The notes under the pieces are model-generated. The model saw only the letters and a program-made list of their open reading frames with translations. It did not search any database and had not been told where the DNA came from. DNA of 60,898 nt. Source: a virus (Duplodnaviria; Caudoviricetes). Location of the stretch: positions 1-60,898 of IMG/VR virus record IMGVR_UViG_3300030328_000942; one strand, given 5' to 3'. Below are positions 20,801 to 27,427 of this stretch, one piece after another. The first letter of the stretch is position 1. Every line of letters begins with the position of its first letter. The position numbers and the translations under genes are program-made.

Positions 20801-22373
20801 TAGACCTTGCTGCATTACGAGATAATTTTTGATATTGTTTATCTATATAAACATCAAAATCTTCTTGGACCTCTTGAAGGTCATCATCTAAATACACATC
20901 TTTTAAAGCATTAAACTTATCCTCTTCAATTTTTAAAAGCTCTTCTGCGTCTTGTCTTAAATAACCTTTTGAATTATAAAAGTCTCCAAACATCTCTTGC
21001 TCTTCTTCGGTAAGGCTATCATAATTCCTTGCACCCCACTTTATTTCATCTTGTAAATGATAAAATCTCTCACGTGCATTTTCGTATGCTTCATATTGGT
21101 TTTTAATATTTAGGTAATCATAACCTCTGTCTTGAAAAAATCGTTGTCCTTCTGCATCTATATTTCTTACATCTTTCCAACTACCTTTTGCAAACTCTTT
21201 AGCTTCCTTATCTGTTTTAAAAATAAAAACCTCGTTTCTTTTTAACGCCTCTTCATAAGCATCCATACCATCTAACTCGTTCCAATATCGTGGGTCCGCA
21301 TTTGATATTTCAGGATTTATCGGAAATAAAGTGGGGTATACTACAAACTTTCCATCAACTTCTCCTGATTCAAACAGTACAGTAGACTCAGTACCATCAT
21401 TATTTAAACGAGGTGTATCTCTTAAATGTTGAGCTTTTATAGCTGAAGTTACAAAATCACTTTCTGCTTGTTCTCGGTTTTCATCCGGATTTTGAGCGTA
21501 TTGTTTAACGAAATTTTTTAATTTTTCTGATTCTTCGGCAGCAGTAGAGTCAAAGAAAGGGTCTAAATCTATTTCAATTTTTTTAACATCACCATTGGGT
21601 AAAACAATAGAACCTTCCATTGCGTCCCCTATGCTTATTTCCCTAAAATTAAACCCGTACTTTCCGTAAATAGAATTAAAATAAGGAACTGCATCTTCTT
21701 CCTGTAAGTTTATTTTTGCAGCATCAGTAGCGTTAAGTGCTTGTTGAAATCCCTCATCAACTTGAGCCATCTCATTACTCGCTATAGTATCTTCTCCCTT
21801 TCCTTTACGGGTTGCTTTCTCTTTAGCTTGGGTAGCTAATAGCTCCGGATTTTCTTCTTGAATTTTTTTGGAAGTATATTCAATGTCAGCACGTTGTTGT
21901 GCATAAGCTCTTGTGTATGCATCTTCCCCTCCTTCAGGGTACATACCAAGTGCTCTTATAGGGTCTCTATAATCATCATCTCTTGTGTCTTTAGGGATAA
22001 TTTGGTCGGGGTCATAATTAATTTTGAAATCATCCCAATTAGTTATTATTCCAACTTCAGTTTCGGATGAATCCGAAGAACCAATTTCCGAAGGAGAGAC
22101 CGTATCGTCTTTTTTTTTTACTTCAGGATTTAAAGGGTCTAAATCTACAACTTCTTCCTCTTGAGTAGTAATTCCAATATCCCCTAAAAACGTAGTAATG
22201 TCTACTTCAAATTTAAAAGACTCATCAAGTGAGCCTAAGTATTGATATATCTGAGCCGCATATTGCTTATCTGCCATATCCGCTATAAATTGGTCTTTAC
22301 TTACATCGCCTTGAAAAGTAGCGTCATTAGTACCAAGATAATCGTACAACTCAACTAAGTATTCTTCATTCAT
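11838..22373 (-). CDS. Giant (3511 aa) probable internal virion/ejected protein with a zincin-like HExxH motif
   Basis: Last gene of structural arm; HEMGH motif; Gly/Ala-rich hydrophobic segment; long coiled coils. Confidence 0.7.
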   Translation of the reverse strand: MNEEYLVELYDYLGTNDATFQGDVSKDQFIADMADKQYAAQIYQYLGSLDESFKFEVDITTFLGDIGITTQEEEVVDLDPLNPEVKKKDDTVSPSEIGSSDSSETEVGIITNWDDFKINYDPDQIIPKDTRDDDYRDPIRALGMYPEGGEDAYTRAYAQQRADIEYTSKKIQEENPELLATQAKEKATRKGKGEDTIASNEMAQVDEGFQQALNATDAAKINLQEEDAVPYFNSIYGKYGFNFREISIGDAMEGSIVLPNGDVKKIEIDLDPFFDSTAAEESEKLKNFVKQYAQNPDENREQAESDFVTSAIKAQHLRDTPRLNNDGTESTVLFESGEVDGKFVVYPTLFPINPEISNADPRYWNELDGMDAYEEALKRNEVFIFKTDKEAKEFAKGSWKDVRNIDAEGQRFFQDRGYDYLNIKNQYEAYENARERFYHLQDEIKWGARNYDSLTEEEQEMFGDFYNSKGYLRQDAEELLKIEEDKFNALKDVYLDDDLQEVQEDFDVYIDKQYQKLSRNAARSNASAKYVSNELEAKSLAEFGLTIDELKDYNATDDDGKEMQDAILTSYKATKDVSSLAANEYEVAQTYLSGKFDENLRGELVDNWGGFMQQVDEGWYRGKAGNEILKMALGLEGDDDESTAELAQRIVDYLDASNTEETSRAMGRWHRAKGFREAWDAFSDNPAELMFSMAANSINQMLPYGTKIIAATTATGTGIGAGIGATGFVTGPGGVVTTGGGAAAGAIWGLRTGFAATSYALEYTNAILDVARKEGYNINDPEDMTAALNDPLVWKKGNVRGAQRGIPIAVVDMLSSGLAGRVFNAGKTASFGRRVAVQLGERVVFDPFAEATGELAAQISAGDKIEMKEIFAEAMGGLGNNAPFAALNTALDLRAQNNTTIANDISSIRGLNNELKGFFAPSPTKVSSWANNMHKLGQISTETNQRIQVNLGLRQDAQNVLNATEGKSSPEVLNRTMELMAAKQELESSSNRREVFSGKLKEIKAELNELVETKTVRPNIESATDTQIEQGNTFGQGFQTNLAGIVGLNENQTSGVDIRTDAKSKYTIDGKSLKRSKFLSRIMDMSPKELKAANITIDNDEKVSELVTDKFGQDAISKQETGTVDENQQTGNMETMEESLRGVQEQTTESTTTQESEVETPQVVGNNPLSSIEVNEDTGKQRREKTKAITQALNNGDITNEEAVELREESFANMNEAARIFKENKQRKAAEVSVDTESETIVVPKSLKQPTIADVQAYDNKTIDQSRLDRILAGIADKQIANQKLSEFQKRVVKTRANQLRVDEMVSSKTQAESVAEMEAMLEGETVVESTTELTPAEKKAKIEAAIKKQPKKLKWKKQRAGVYVATTPLYKFTIENRGKINEVGEAVNPDGRWSVTMEVTEDFDDTGFDSPVRGLEEAYIIEYFPTKKQAEKNAEHLYQDYKTPPKFQEDVATEDVATEEVTPTQEVTTEEVTTEEVTPPVEVSTKKGKRAATKEEAETEEGFGDEYTFSTPVTPAEIKADAKAELDGEIEDINVEIENTKQQLKKDLAKKGLTSAEKADLRQDAKAEIDNYKEDIKELKREYKAEVARVNKINKQKNKTIQKELNKIDAEIEEIKKSKRNRATKVALIEELRNKRTRIEDGNVQFKQEGKFVPNTDEVAQITEAINELASGNVETNLDETVSESTIDVNDINQRTDSDINSIGSLEIINGVPVIFTISDQLTTGNVVNPQTNTTIDNLKGGIGFTGTEGNQNLAWANTTDTEASNIIEKATAVYEANKPTFEEFWAANPEYNGLVPMPVVKMGEGSILSNEATFRVFRDNLSKIPEVNRKKALEALVGAINKKIATKQAAIDSGKKSPLTNKNYAKEIAGLKNVIELINEQQPETLDDVVSVEFLQKLNLPTRTEFLKTFTFGEPNKPGTKKTATKGQKLIPNILIEGMEKDAFKLVHLAEITDILTEPQLANVPNRSIVALQGVDVLNPEVLESTHPNYPFGVKGKSIGILENPVSLVKAFPQAYQNAMGGLIKSEAKGKKVTQKQRERASVEDRKTMPEAGELAPSSVGSILTETLGVQIGMPNLEFVGAISQGNVDNATKLTAFMNLSFPQTNITTDKATFETVMSQDNVMKYKKGGQTVYGVTVDGDIYINPDVHNSTSALHNTSIHEMGHVWTDYLKTTKKGRTIYAKGVTLVEQTEEYQRQLKKFDGDKARAANETMAILIGNKGQTIADASIKSKFKEWLLGMWNYIKSQFKQTQDLSAEEIQALTLDEFIGSALADIFAGKKLPMTDSQLKKMKNPEVAFSTDLSITDVVKKGRENGFSDATIREVLKGRGFKKADIDTALTYKVDVFGEMPSEFQRVEGGIQVAAQMFNDIKIALEKFATSGRANIIGKKRVKTFSEIRQKAQELIQAHPTYKQQTDTVQMELRVGLDRSLGYRGNKNVSQQISQLKKTLKDRTIGAQNLQELKTQLKNYIRTVLPKSQDYTQAQINRFINAVNDIKTPEQMQRQMEKVMRLVDEQRAKMKRSIIREIISTAKKKSSTRKQSGKRRPKGLDNVGVLFFENAKQILKALSLTDPEARAIAIQEVKTDLEARQDELAAAYELMMNDQELTAEQENLVQKQAAFDMFADLETASLEEAQQVLNDMKGVAKESILRMNNRRLQEQADAASLKEELDTQIQETNPDLFNEDGTLKGEAQRTADKEQIRQNFIKRGIRNVVDKITDALFGRTNSALSSFKNSLTNLQTVTNFLDNKNRKLTLFTDKVYRKLTRTREVSLQNIRTMKQTLNDFATESGIENGFLGVERKLNSLLGFNYRGIINTKTFNLKENVVRKGKRQVNEYKTELNANQMLRLYALYKNDVQRKKLINQGITPEVMAEIEATLGPELLSFADKMVNYLSTDYFNEVNSVYKQANGVSLGFVENYFPTKIIKPKVDGNMLVDGDFSKIFNAETAPAFKDRTDFGSDIDLKGGTFTGVLMNHMETMETYKAYAMPVKEINNFFKVESVNVLLEETGMAGLTRMLVNAAVNPRAAAQASMMSKTKAGRVGRDILSKFQSFFTSWALGLKLVQIPKQATSFVNAYSKYNYFPKNSNIPSVVQSAVDAVMFPVDLVGVLLDIGKGLLGKKGAIAKMREKSALFDQRIREGLEGDIYGLESGSQTYKEAGQGTSYLARIRRKVKQIAAAPTILGDILGVMGYYINYKRNIANGMTEAEALEAFNAYESTQQTRSNTEKVPLQLQGDFQSRVFTMFGSTLFLQMNNVMQNATNMRRAFRDAIDKKESFFGKKGIQKEDIRSFYLNAAVANALFVGVSNLALLTRGDKDDQDLFYKKVGEALMGMNLLYQIPLFGAYIEELNAKWMYDKPRKVDDVVNPIKSIDRKVTKLMESDNAFEKYVQPIAEIVLKTQLDPMVALYNAIQDGTFGDVSEKEFYENIYELLGVTPSYRPGHGRRGPNLEGVIPEGGIRTKTQLKRYDPELYEKIYGRRDAIEKEKREIRKEALRKRGYVERNGKLYKID
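17936..18028 (-). repeat. 15-bp degenerate tandem repeat encoding a (T/A)EEVT-type linker in the giant protein
   Basis: EDVATEDVATEEVTPTQEVTTEEVTTEEVTPP. Confidence 0.7.
18443..18458 (-). repeat. 16-bp palindrome copy 8, inside the giant-protein CDS (VSSKT)
   Basis: Read directly. Confidence 0.95.
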
Positions 22374-22375
22374 AA

Positions 22376-24292
22376 CTATTTCTTTTTACGAGGAACACTA
22401 CTTGCCGCTCCCGGATTACCATTTGGCTTAGGATTTTTCTTTACTTTCCCGTAATCTTCTACATATTGTTTTTTAGCATCCTCATCCATCAAGATGTTAT
22501 TATTTAATGAATGATTAATTAAAGCCTTTCTAATAACTTCGATTTCTTCAGCAACTTTATCAGGCTTCTCAAGACTTATATACAAGTCATCTTGTCCTTC
22601 AATTTCAACCTTAATTCCTCTTCCACCTGCAGCCCATTCTTTTACTTCAACACCTTCCATATTTGGAATACTCTTAACCATTGTTTGTACAACTTTTACC
22701 GCCTCGTCTTCTTTGTCAGCGTCTATAGTTGTAGAAGCAAAAGCAGCTATAGCTGCCGCATCAATTTTAGCACCTTCTCTTTGTTTGAATGTTTCTTCAA
22801 ATGGAAGGGTGGTAGTTACATCTCCCATAGATTCAAACACATAGTCTGAACCTGATAACTTAGGTTTGGTTAGGTCTATATTACCACGCTTAATAACTTC
22901 GTTTATATCACCAATCTTATCGTCACCCGATAATATAAAGTTCATTCCTGATTCTACGAAACTCTGTTGGTCATCTCCAAATGATAGTGTTTCAGGCGGT
23001 AGTCCTGATTTTTCTGTAAATGTTAATACAACAGATTCTCCATCTTCTGATAAACTAACAGATTCAACATTAGGATTGTATGCTCGTATAGAATCTGCAG
23101 CATCTTCCTTCATTGCTTTATCACCATACCATAGTTTAGCAAAATTACTAACAATAGATACTTGGTTAGATTCAGTATTTCCTCTTGAAATATCTGTAGC
23201 ACTATCTTTTGGCGTGAATCCTGCACCTTTGGTTTGCATCTTCTCGTCAATAGCAGCACGAATACCTGTTTTTAATATTGCTCTTGCTGCTTCCTCTTGC
23301 TCAGCATTCAATACCGGAACTCCATCAGCAGTTGCACCAATTGTAGGGTCTAAATAAATTTCATTAGGCTTTCTTTTTTTTGCGTCAGGCTCATTAGTAA
23401 AAGTATACTGTTCACCGTTAGAAGCTTTTAAAGCTCTGTCTACTAAAATAGAAGCCGCATCATTAGGGTTTTCCATACCAACATCAATTTGGTCTTTCTC
23501 CCAAGTTAAATAGGTTGATGCGAATGCATCACCCTCAACTCCATAATTACCTTCTTTAGCATCTATCTTTGTTAATATGGTATTTAAGTTTCCTTTCGAT
23601 GCATACTTTACGACTGAAGTTTCCACCGCTCCAAGTTGTCCTGCAGCTCCCGTAGTAAATTTATTTACATCCATACGGTCAATCTTTTGTTTGAGACGGT
23701 CACGCATTTCTGCAACTGTTACAACATCATTAGGGTTATTCGATAAAGTAGTGGTTTGTTGTGCACCCGTACCTGTGGTTTGATATTTACCAAGACTTAC
23801 AACTCCATTGGTAGGATTAATCCAAGCACCAACTTCACGTAAGTTTGCTAAGCCCTCAGCTTGTTCCATCTTGTATACTTCTTGATAAGAAGAGATTTTA
23901 TCTCCGTATCTTTTCATTTTATCCGCAAATTCAGCCTCATATTCTTTAGCTAAAGCAAACATCTGTGTAGTTCCATCTTTACCATTCTGTCGGTTACGAG
24001 TATAATCTCTTAGGGATAGTTGACCGCTTTGAAACATTCGGTCTTGCATTAATCTATATTCTTGTTGGTCTTTAGAATAATTAGCGGCAAAAGTATTTGC
24101 TACATCATAGTCTCCCGTAGGAGCGTCTGATAACGTCTTACCGTAGTTTCTTGAGTCTTCTGCTAACTGTTGTTTTTTTAACTCACGAGAAGCTGCTTCA
24201 CTTTGAAGCATATCACTCATACTCTTACCTACTTCAGCCCAATTTATTTGGTCTTCAGCATTTCTTTCTACATACTTATAATACGTTGCCAT
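22376..24292 (-). CDS. Probable internal virion protein
   Basis: Position between tail genes and giant protein. Confidence 0.55.
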   Translation of the reverse strand: MATYYKYVERNAEDQINWAEVGKSMSDMLQSEAASRELKKQQLAEDSRNYGKTLSDAPTGDYDVANTFAANYSKDQQEYRLMQDRMFQSGQLSLRDYTRNRQNGKDGTTQMFALAKEYEAEFADKMKRYGDKISSYQEVYKMEQAEGLANLREVGAWINPTNGVVSLGKYQTTGTGAQQTTTLSNNPNDVVTVAEMRDRLKQKIDRMDVNKFTTGAAGQLGAVETSVVKYASKGNLNTILTKIDAKEGNYGVEGDAFASTYLTWEKDQIDVGMENPNDAASILVDRALKASNGEQYTFTNEPDAKKRKPNEIYLDPTIGATADGVPVLNAEQEEAARAILKTGIRAAIDEKMQTKGAGFTPKDSATDISRGNTESNQVSIVSNFAKLWYGDKAMKEDAADSIRAYNPNVESVSLSEDGESVVLTFTEKSGLPPETLSFGDDQQSFVESGMNFILSGDDKIGDINEVIKRGNIDLTKPKLSGSDYVFESMGDVTTTLPFEETFKQREGAKIDAAAIAAFASTTIDADKEDEAVKVVQTMVKSIPNMEGVEVKEWAAGGRGIKVEIEGQDDLYISLEKPDKVAEEIEVIRKALINHSLNNNILMDEDAKKQYVEDYGKVKKNPKPNGNPGAASSVPRKKK

Positions 24293-24307
24293 AAACTAAT
24301 TTATTTA

Positions 24308-25210
24308 TTAACTATCCCCAAGAAGACCCATTTGTTTCATCATCAAATATTTTTGAAACTCTTCATTATTTGCTCCGGCTCCTCCTGCGGCAAAGTTGCC
24401 TCCCCACATATTTCCAAAGTTGGATTGTAGTTTGCTATCTAACCCTGTCTTATAAGCCTCAGAACCAAAAATCAATCCTGATTGAGTCGCATCAAGACCT
24501 CCTTTAAATTGTCTAAATTCTTTGTTAGACATATTTGCAAAATCAATTTGGTCTAATGTTTTACCACCCAACGAATAACCTTTAAACGCATCATTTCCTG
24601 CGGTAGTAGATAAGTCCAATCCACCAACTACACCTCTTTGTGTTGCGGCAGAACCGGATTGCATTAATGGAACCATACCAAGTCCTTGTTGTAGTGCGGA
24701 ACCTGCACTTTGAATACCTTGTTGAATTGAAGCAGCTCTCATCGCCTCAGCATCGGCTGCGGCTTGTTGAGCACCTTCTACTTCTGCTAAATCTAACTGA
24801 ACACCTAAGTCTCTTAAACGACCTTCTTCTTTAGCCACCATACCTTCTATCTCATTAACCCTTGCTTCTTGACTTATTCGGGTTTTAGCTTGTGCATCTT
24901 GAGCAGCTAATTGTATTCTTCCTGCCGTTGCTGCTGCACCTCTTTGGTCTCCTTCTTGTCCTGCTTGTAATGCTAATTGAGCTGATTCATTGATACGGTC
25001 TTGCTCTTGTGTATATAATTCTTTGTTAACATCTAAATCTTCAAAAACATTAACCTCTAATTTCTTTCGTGCCTCTAACATCATTTCCTCAGCTTTCTTG
25101 TTAGCTTCTTCCATTTTTTTTCTTTGCTTAGCTGCTTGACTAAACGAGACTGCGGAAGTTCCTGCGGCTACTATTAAAGACCCTGCTGCGAGTGCGGTTG
25201 CTGCTGCCAT
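24308..25210 (-). CDS. Probable internal virion/ejection (pilot-like) protein
   Basis: Ala/Gly/Gln-rich, hydrophobic N-terminus followed by coiled coil. Confidence 0.6.
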   Translation of the reverse strand: MAAATALAAGSLIVAAGTSAVSFSQAAKQRKKMEEANKKAEEMMLEARKKLEVNVFEDLDVNKELYTQEQDRINESAQLALQAGQEGDQRGAAATAGRIQLAAQDAQAKTRISQEARVNEIEGMVAKEEGRLRDLGVQLDLAEVEGAQQAAADAEAMRAASIQQGIQSAGSALQQGLGMVPLMQSGSAATQRGVVGGLDLSTTAGNDAFKGYSLGGKTLDQIDFANMSNKEFRQFKGGLDATQSGLIFGSEAYKTGLDSKLQSNFGNMWGGNFAAGGAGANNEEFQKYLMMKQMGLLGDS

Positions 25211-25211
25211 A

Positions 25212-25622
25212 TTATATTTTTTTTATTAGTTCTGATGTGTAAGCAGCACCTTGATTAAATCCAAGTTTCTCATACACCTCTATTAATCCTTTATGTTTTA
25301 CAAGAGCATACACATATTTATGTCCTGTTTTGATTGCTAAATTTTCTAAACTAACTATAAGCCACTCAAGAGCATTTTTGCGTTGAGGTTTTTTGCGGTA
25401 TGTCTTTGAAGACACTATCCAATCTACCCAAGCTACTCCTGAATTAGTGGTATAAATAAATCCTGCACATACAGGAATATCTCCATCTAAAACCATCAAA
25501 CCACCGGTACCATTTTGAGGTAAAAAATCCTGTTGAGGAGGCTCCCATTTCCAATCACTCCACCATTTACATAAAATAGTTTCGTAATCAGTGTCTAATA
25601 ATGGTCTTATAGTTAATTCCAT
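25212..25622 (-). CDS. GNAT-fold acetyltransferase-like protein
   Basis: IRPL..D N-terminus and YEKLGF C-terminal motif; position typical of podovirus ejection modules. Confidence 0.6.
   Translation of the reverse strand: MELTIRPLLDTDYETILCKWWSDWKWEPPQQDFLPQNGTGGLMVLDGDIPVCAGFIYTTNSGVAWVDWIVSSKTYRKKPQRKNALEWLIVSLENLAIKTGHKYVYALVKHKGLIEVYEKLGFNQGAAYTSELIKKI
25400..25415 (-). repeat. 16-bp palindrome copy 9 (one mismatch), inside CDS (VSSKT)
   Basis: ATGTCTTTGAAGACAC on +. Confidence 0.85.
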
Positions 25623-25629
25623 TTAACTA

Positions 25630-25637
25630 CAAAGATA
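25630..25637 (-). promoter_or_regulatory. Late promoter -7 box TATCTTTG
   Basis: Intergenic; same box recurs before eight other leftward genes. Confidence 0.6.
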
Positions 25638-25643
25638 ATAAAT

Positions 25644-26471
25644 TTAAGGGAAAGATTTCATTACTTCGGATTCTACTGCAAATAACTCTGATGCCGTAAT
25701 TGCTTCACCAACCGGCAGAGTTAAAGTAAATTCACAATAGTGCCCTAAAACCCCGTGTGATTCTGCAATAGGGTTTTTAATATATAAGTAGTAAGCGTCA
25801 TCTATTGGTATAGGGAATGTTGCACCCGCAACAGAAGAATCAATAATTAATTGATTAACTCCATTAGGTAAGTCTACATTTATTGCAGTTACTACTCCTG
25901 CATACTCAGGGGTATAAGTAGTAACAGGTAAGACCGGAGGTTCAGCATAGTATAAATCATCACCTATACTAATAATACTACCCACACTAACTGTTAAAGG
26001 AAAATTAATTTCTTGAGCAGCCTGTACTCCACCTATAGAAACACTGTTACCAATACCATTTAAAGACCTTAATTCAAATTCAGTTTCAGGTACATTCGCT
26101 CCTGTTGGTGCATCGTTTCTTACAAAAGCAAACCACGCTGCTTCTTTTAATTCAAAATATTCTGCGTTGATAACACCGGTATTCTGAATATCAGTAGTTA
26201 GAGTTGCACCCCACGCATCATCAGACTCAAGGTTTAATGTTTTAAATAATTTATTTTCTAAAGGTTGGTCGTTAAAGACGCTTGTCATTTGAGACACGTA
26301 AGCAGTACCATAAAAAGTATTATATGCAGGATTAACATTATGACGATAAAGATTGCCTCCTTTAAATGTATAAAGGAATTGATTCATTCCTATTATGTAA
26401 TCAGGAAAAAATGAATAAAAAGAGGGAAACCCTTTTGAACCTTCGCTATATGTTAATGTATAATTTGGCAT
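25644..26471 (-). CDS. Tail/structural protein
   Basis: Structural module context; beta-rich. Confidence 0.6.
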   Translation of the reverse strand: MPNYTLTYSEGSKGFPSFYSFFPDYIIGMNQFLYTFKGGNLYRHNVNPAYNTFYGTAYVSQMTSVFNDQPLENKLFKTLNLESDDAWGATLTTDIQNTGVINAEYFELKEAAWFAFVRNDAPTGANVPETEFELRSLNGIGNSVSIGGVQAAQEINFPLTVSVGSIISIGDDLYYAEPPVLPVTTYTPEYAGVVTAINVDLPNGVNQLIIDSSVAGATFPIPIDDAYYLYIKNPIAESHGVLGHYCEFTLTLPVGEAITASELFAVESEVMKSFP

Positions 26472-26472
26472 A

Positions 26473-27414
26473 TTATGGACAGTTAACTATGTTTGTTATT
26501 ACGCTATATTGATTTACTGTGAGTATTTGTTCATCTCCATTAATGTTTTCAATACAAAAATCACCTGCGTTTGCGGGGGATGTAGCTACATCCAAATCGC
26601 CATCACTTGTTCGCACAAAAAATTCATTTACTGCAGGAACACCGGGTTGTCCACTTCTATTCGGTACATTGTAAAAAGTTTGAGGTTTAGGGTCACCACA
26701 TACACCACCTAAAAGAGAAGATGATACACCTGTTAAGGTAACCGGACACGGTATTTCTATATCCCAATCTGCACTTGCACACACCGAAGCTATCTCTGCT
26801 AAAATAGTATTTGATATACCCGGAGTAAAAGAGGTAAAAAATGTACACCAACCCATATTGGCTGCTTCTGTTTGCACATCGGCAGCATTACCTGTAACCA
26901 CTCCTGCTGCTGCTGCAAGATTAAAGTTGGTTCCATCAAAAACAAATTCGTCTAATCCCGCATATCCACCGGCTCCTAATTGAGCTGCAATTCCACAGTC
27001 ATCCGCATTCAACCCTAAGTACACAAAGTTTGATTGGGTGGCAGCAGTAAAGAACCCATAGTTCTCTGAAGTACCTCTATTAAACTCATTACTATCATAA
27101 GTCATTCTAACTCCGCTTACACTACCCGCATTTGGTTTAAACCATATTACTAAACATCCTGCATTATTACCCGCATCATAGCTTAATTCATAAATACCTT
27201 GAGTGCTATTAACACCTATAGCGTTATTACACGCAAATAAACAATTAGGACAATTTATCGCATTACCTAATATACCATTACTTTGTAGTCTATTAATTGT
27301 ACCATCAGAATAGTAACCATCTGCTGCTGCAGTAGTTAAAGCTGCATCGATAAATACAGTAGTAGCTGCTGAAAAAGTAGTGGCATTAATAAAAAAGTTT
27401 CCTAATTGTGGCAT
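26473..27414 (-). CDS. Cys-containing tail fibre/appendage protein
   Basis: AADGYYSDG motif, beta-rich; tail module. Confidence 0.55.
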   Translation of the reverse strand: MPQLGNFFINATTFSAATTVFIDAALTTAAADGYYSDGTINRLQSNGILGNAINCPNCLFACNNAIGVNSTQGIYELSYDAGNNAGCLVIWFKPNAGSVSGVRMTYDSNEFNRGTSENYGFFTAATQSNFVYLGLNADDCGIAAQLGAGGYAGLDEFVFDGTNFNLAAAAGVVTGNAADVQTEAANMGWCTFFTSFTPGISNTILAEIASVCASADWDIEIPCPVTLTGVSSSLLGGVCGDPKPQTFYNVPNRSGQPGVPAVNEFFVRTSDGDLDVATSPANAGDFCIENINGDEQILTVNQYSVITNIVNCP

Positions 27415-27427
27415 AATTTAATTTTTA

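Noticed and set aside
11838-22373. Giant protein as a crAss- or N4-like virion RNA polymerase
   Set aside because: No catalytic DxDxD-type or T7-like motif seen, and early genes have host-type promoters; not excluded without structure prediction
21985-26297. Weak palindrome look-alikes near 21985 (GTGTCTTTAGGGATAA) and 26282 (TTGTCATTTGAGACAC)
   Set aside because: About four mismatches each; not distinguishable from chance
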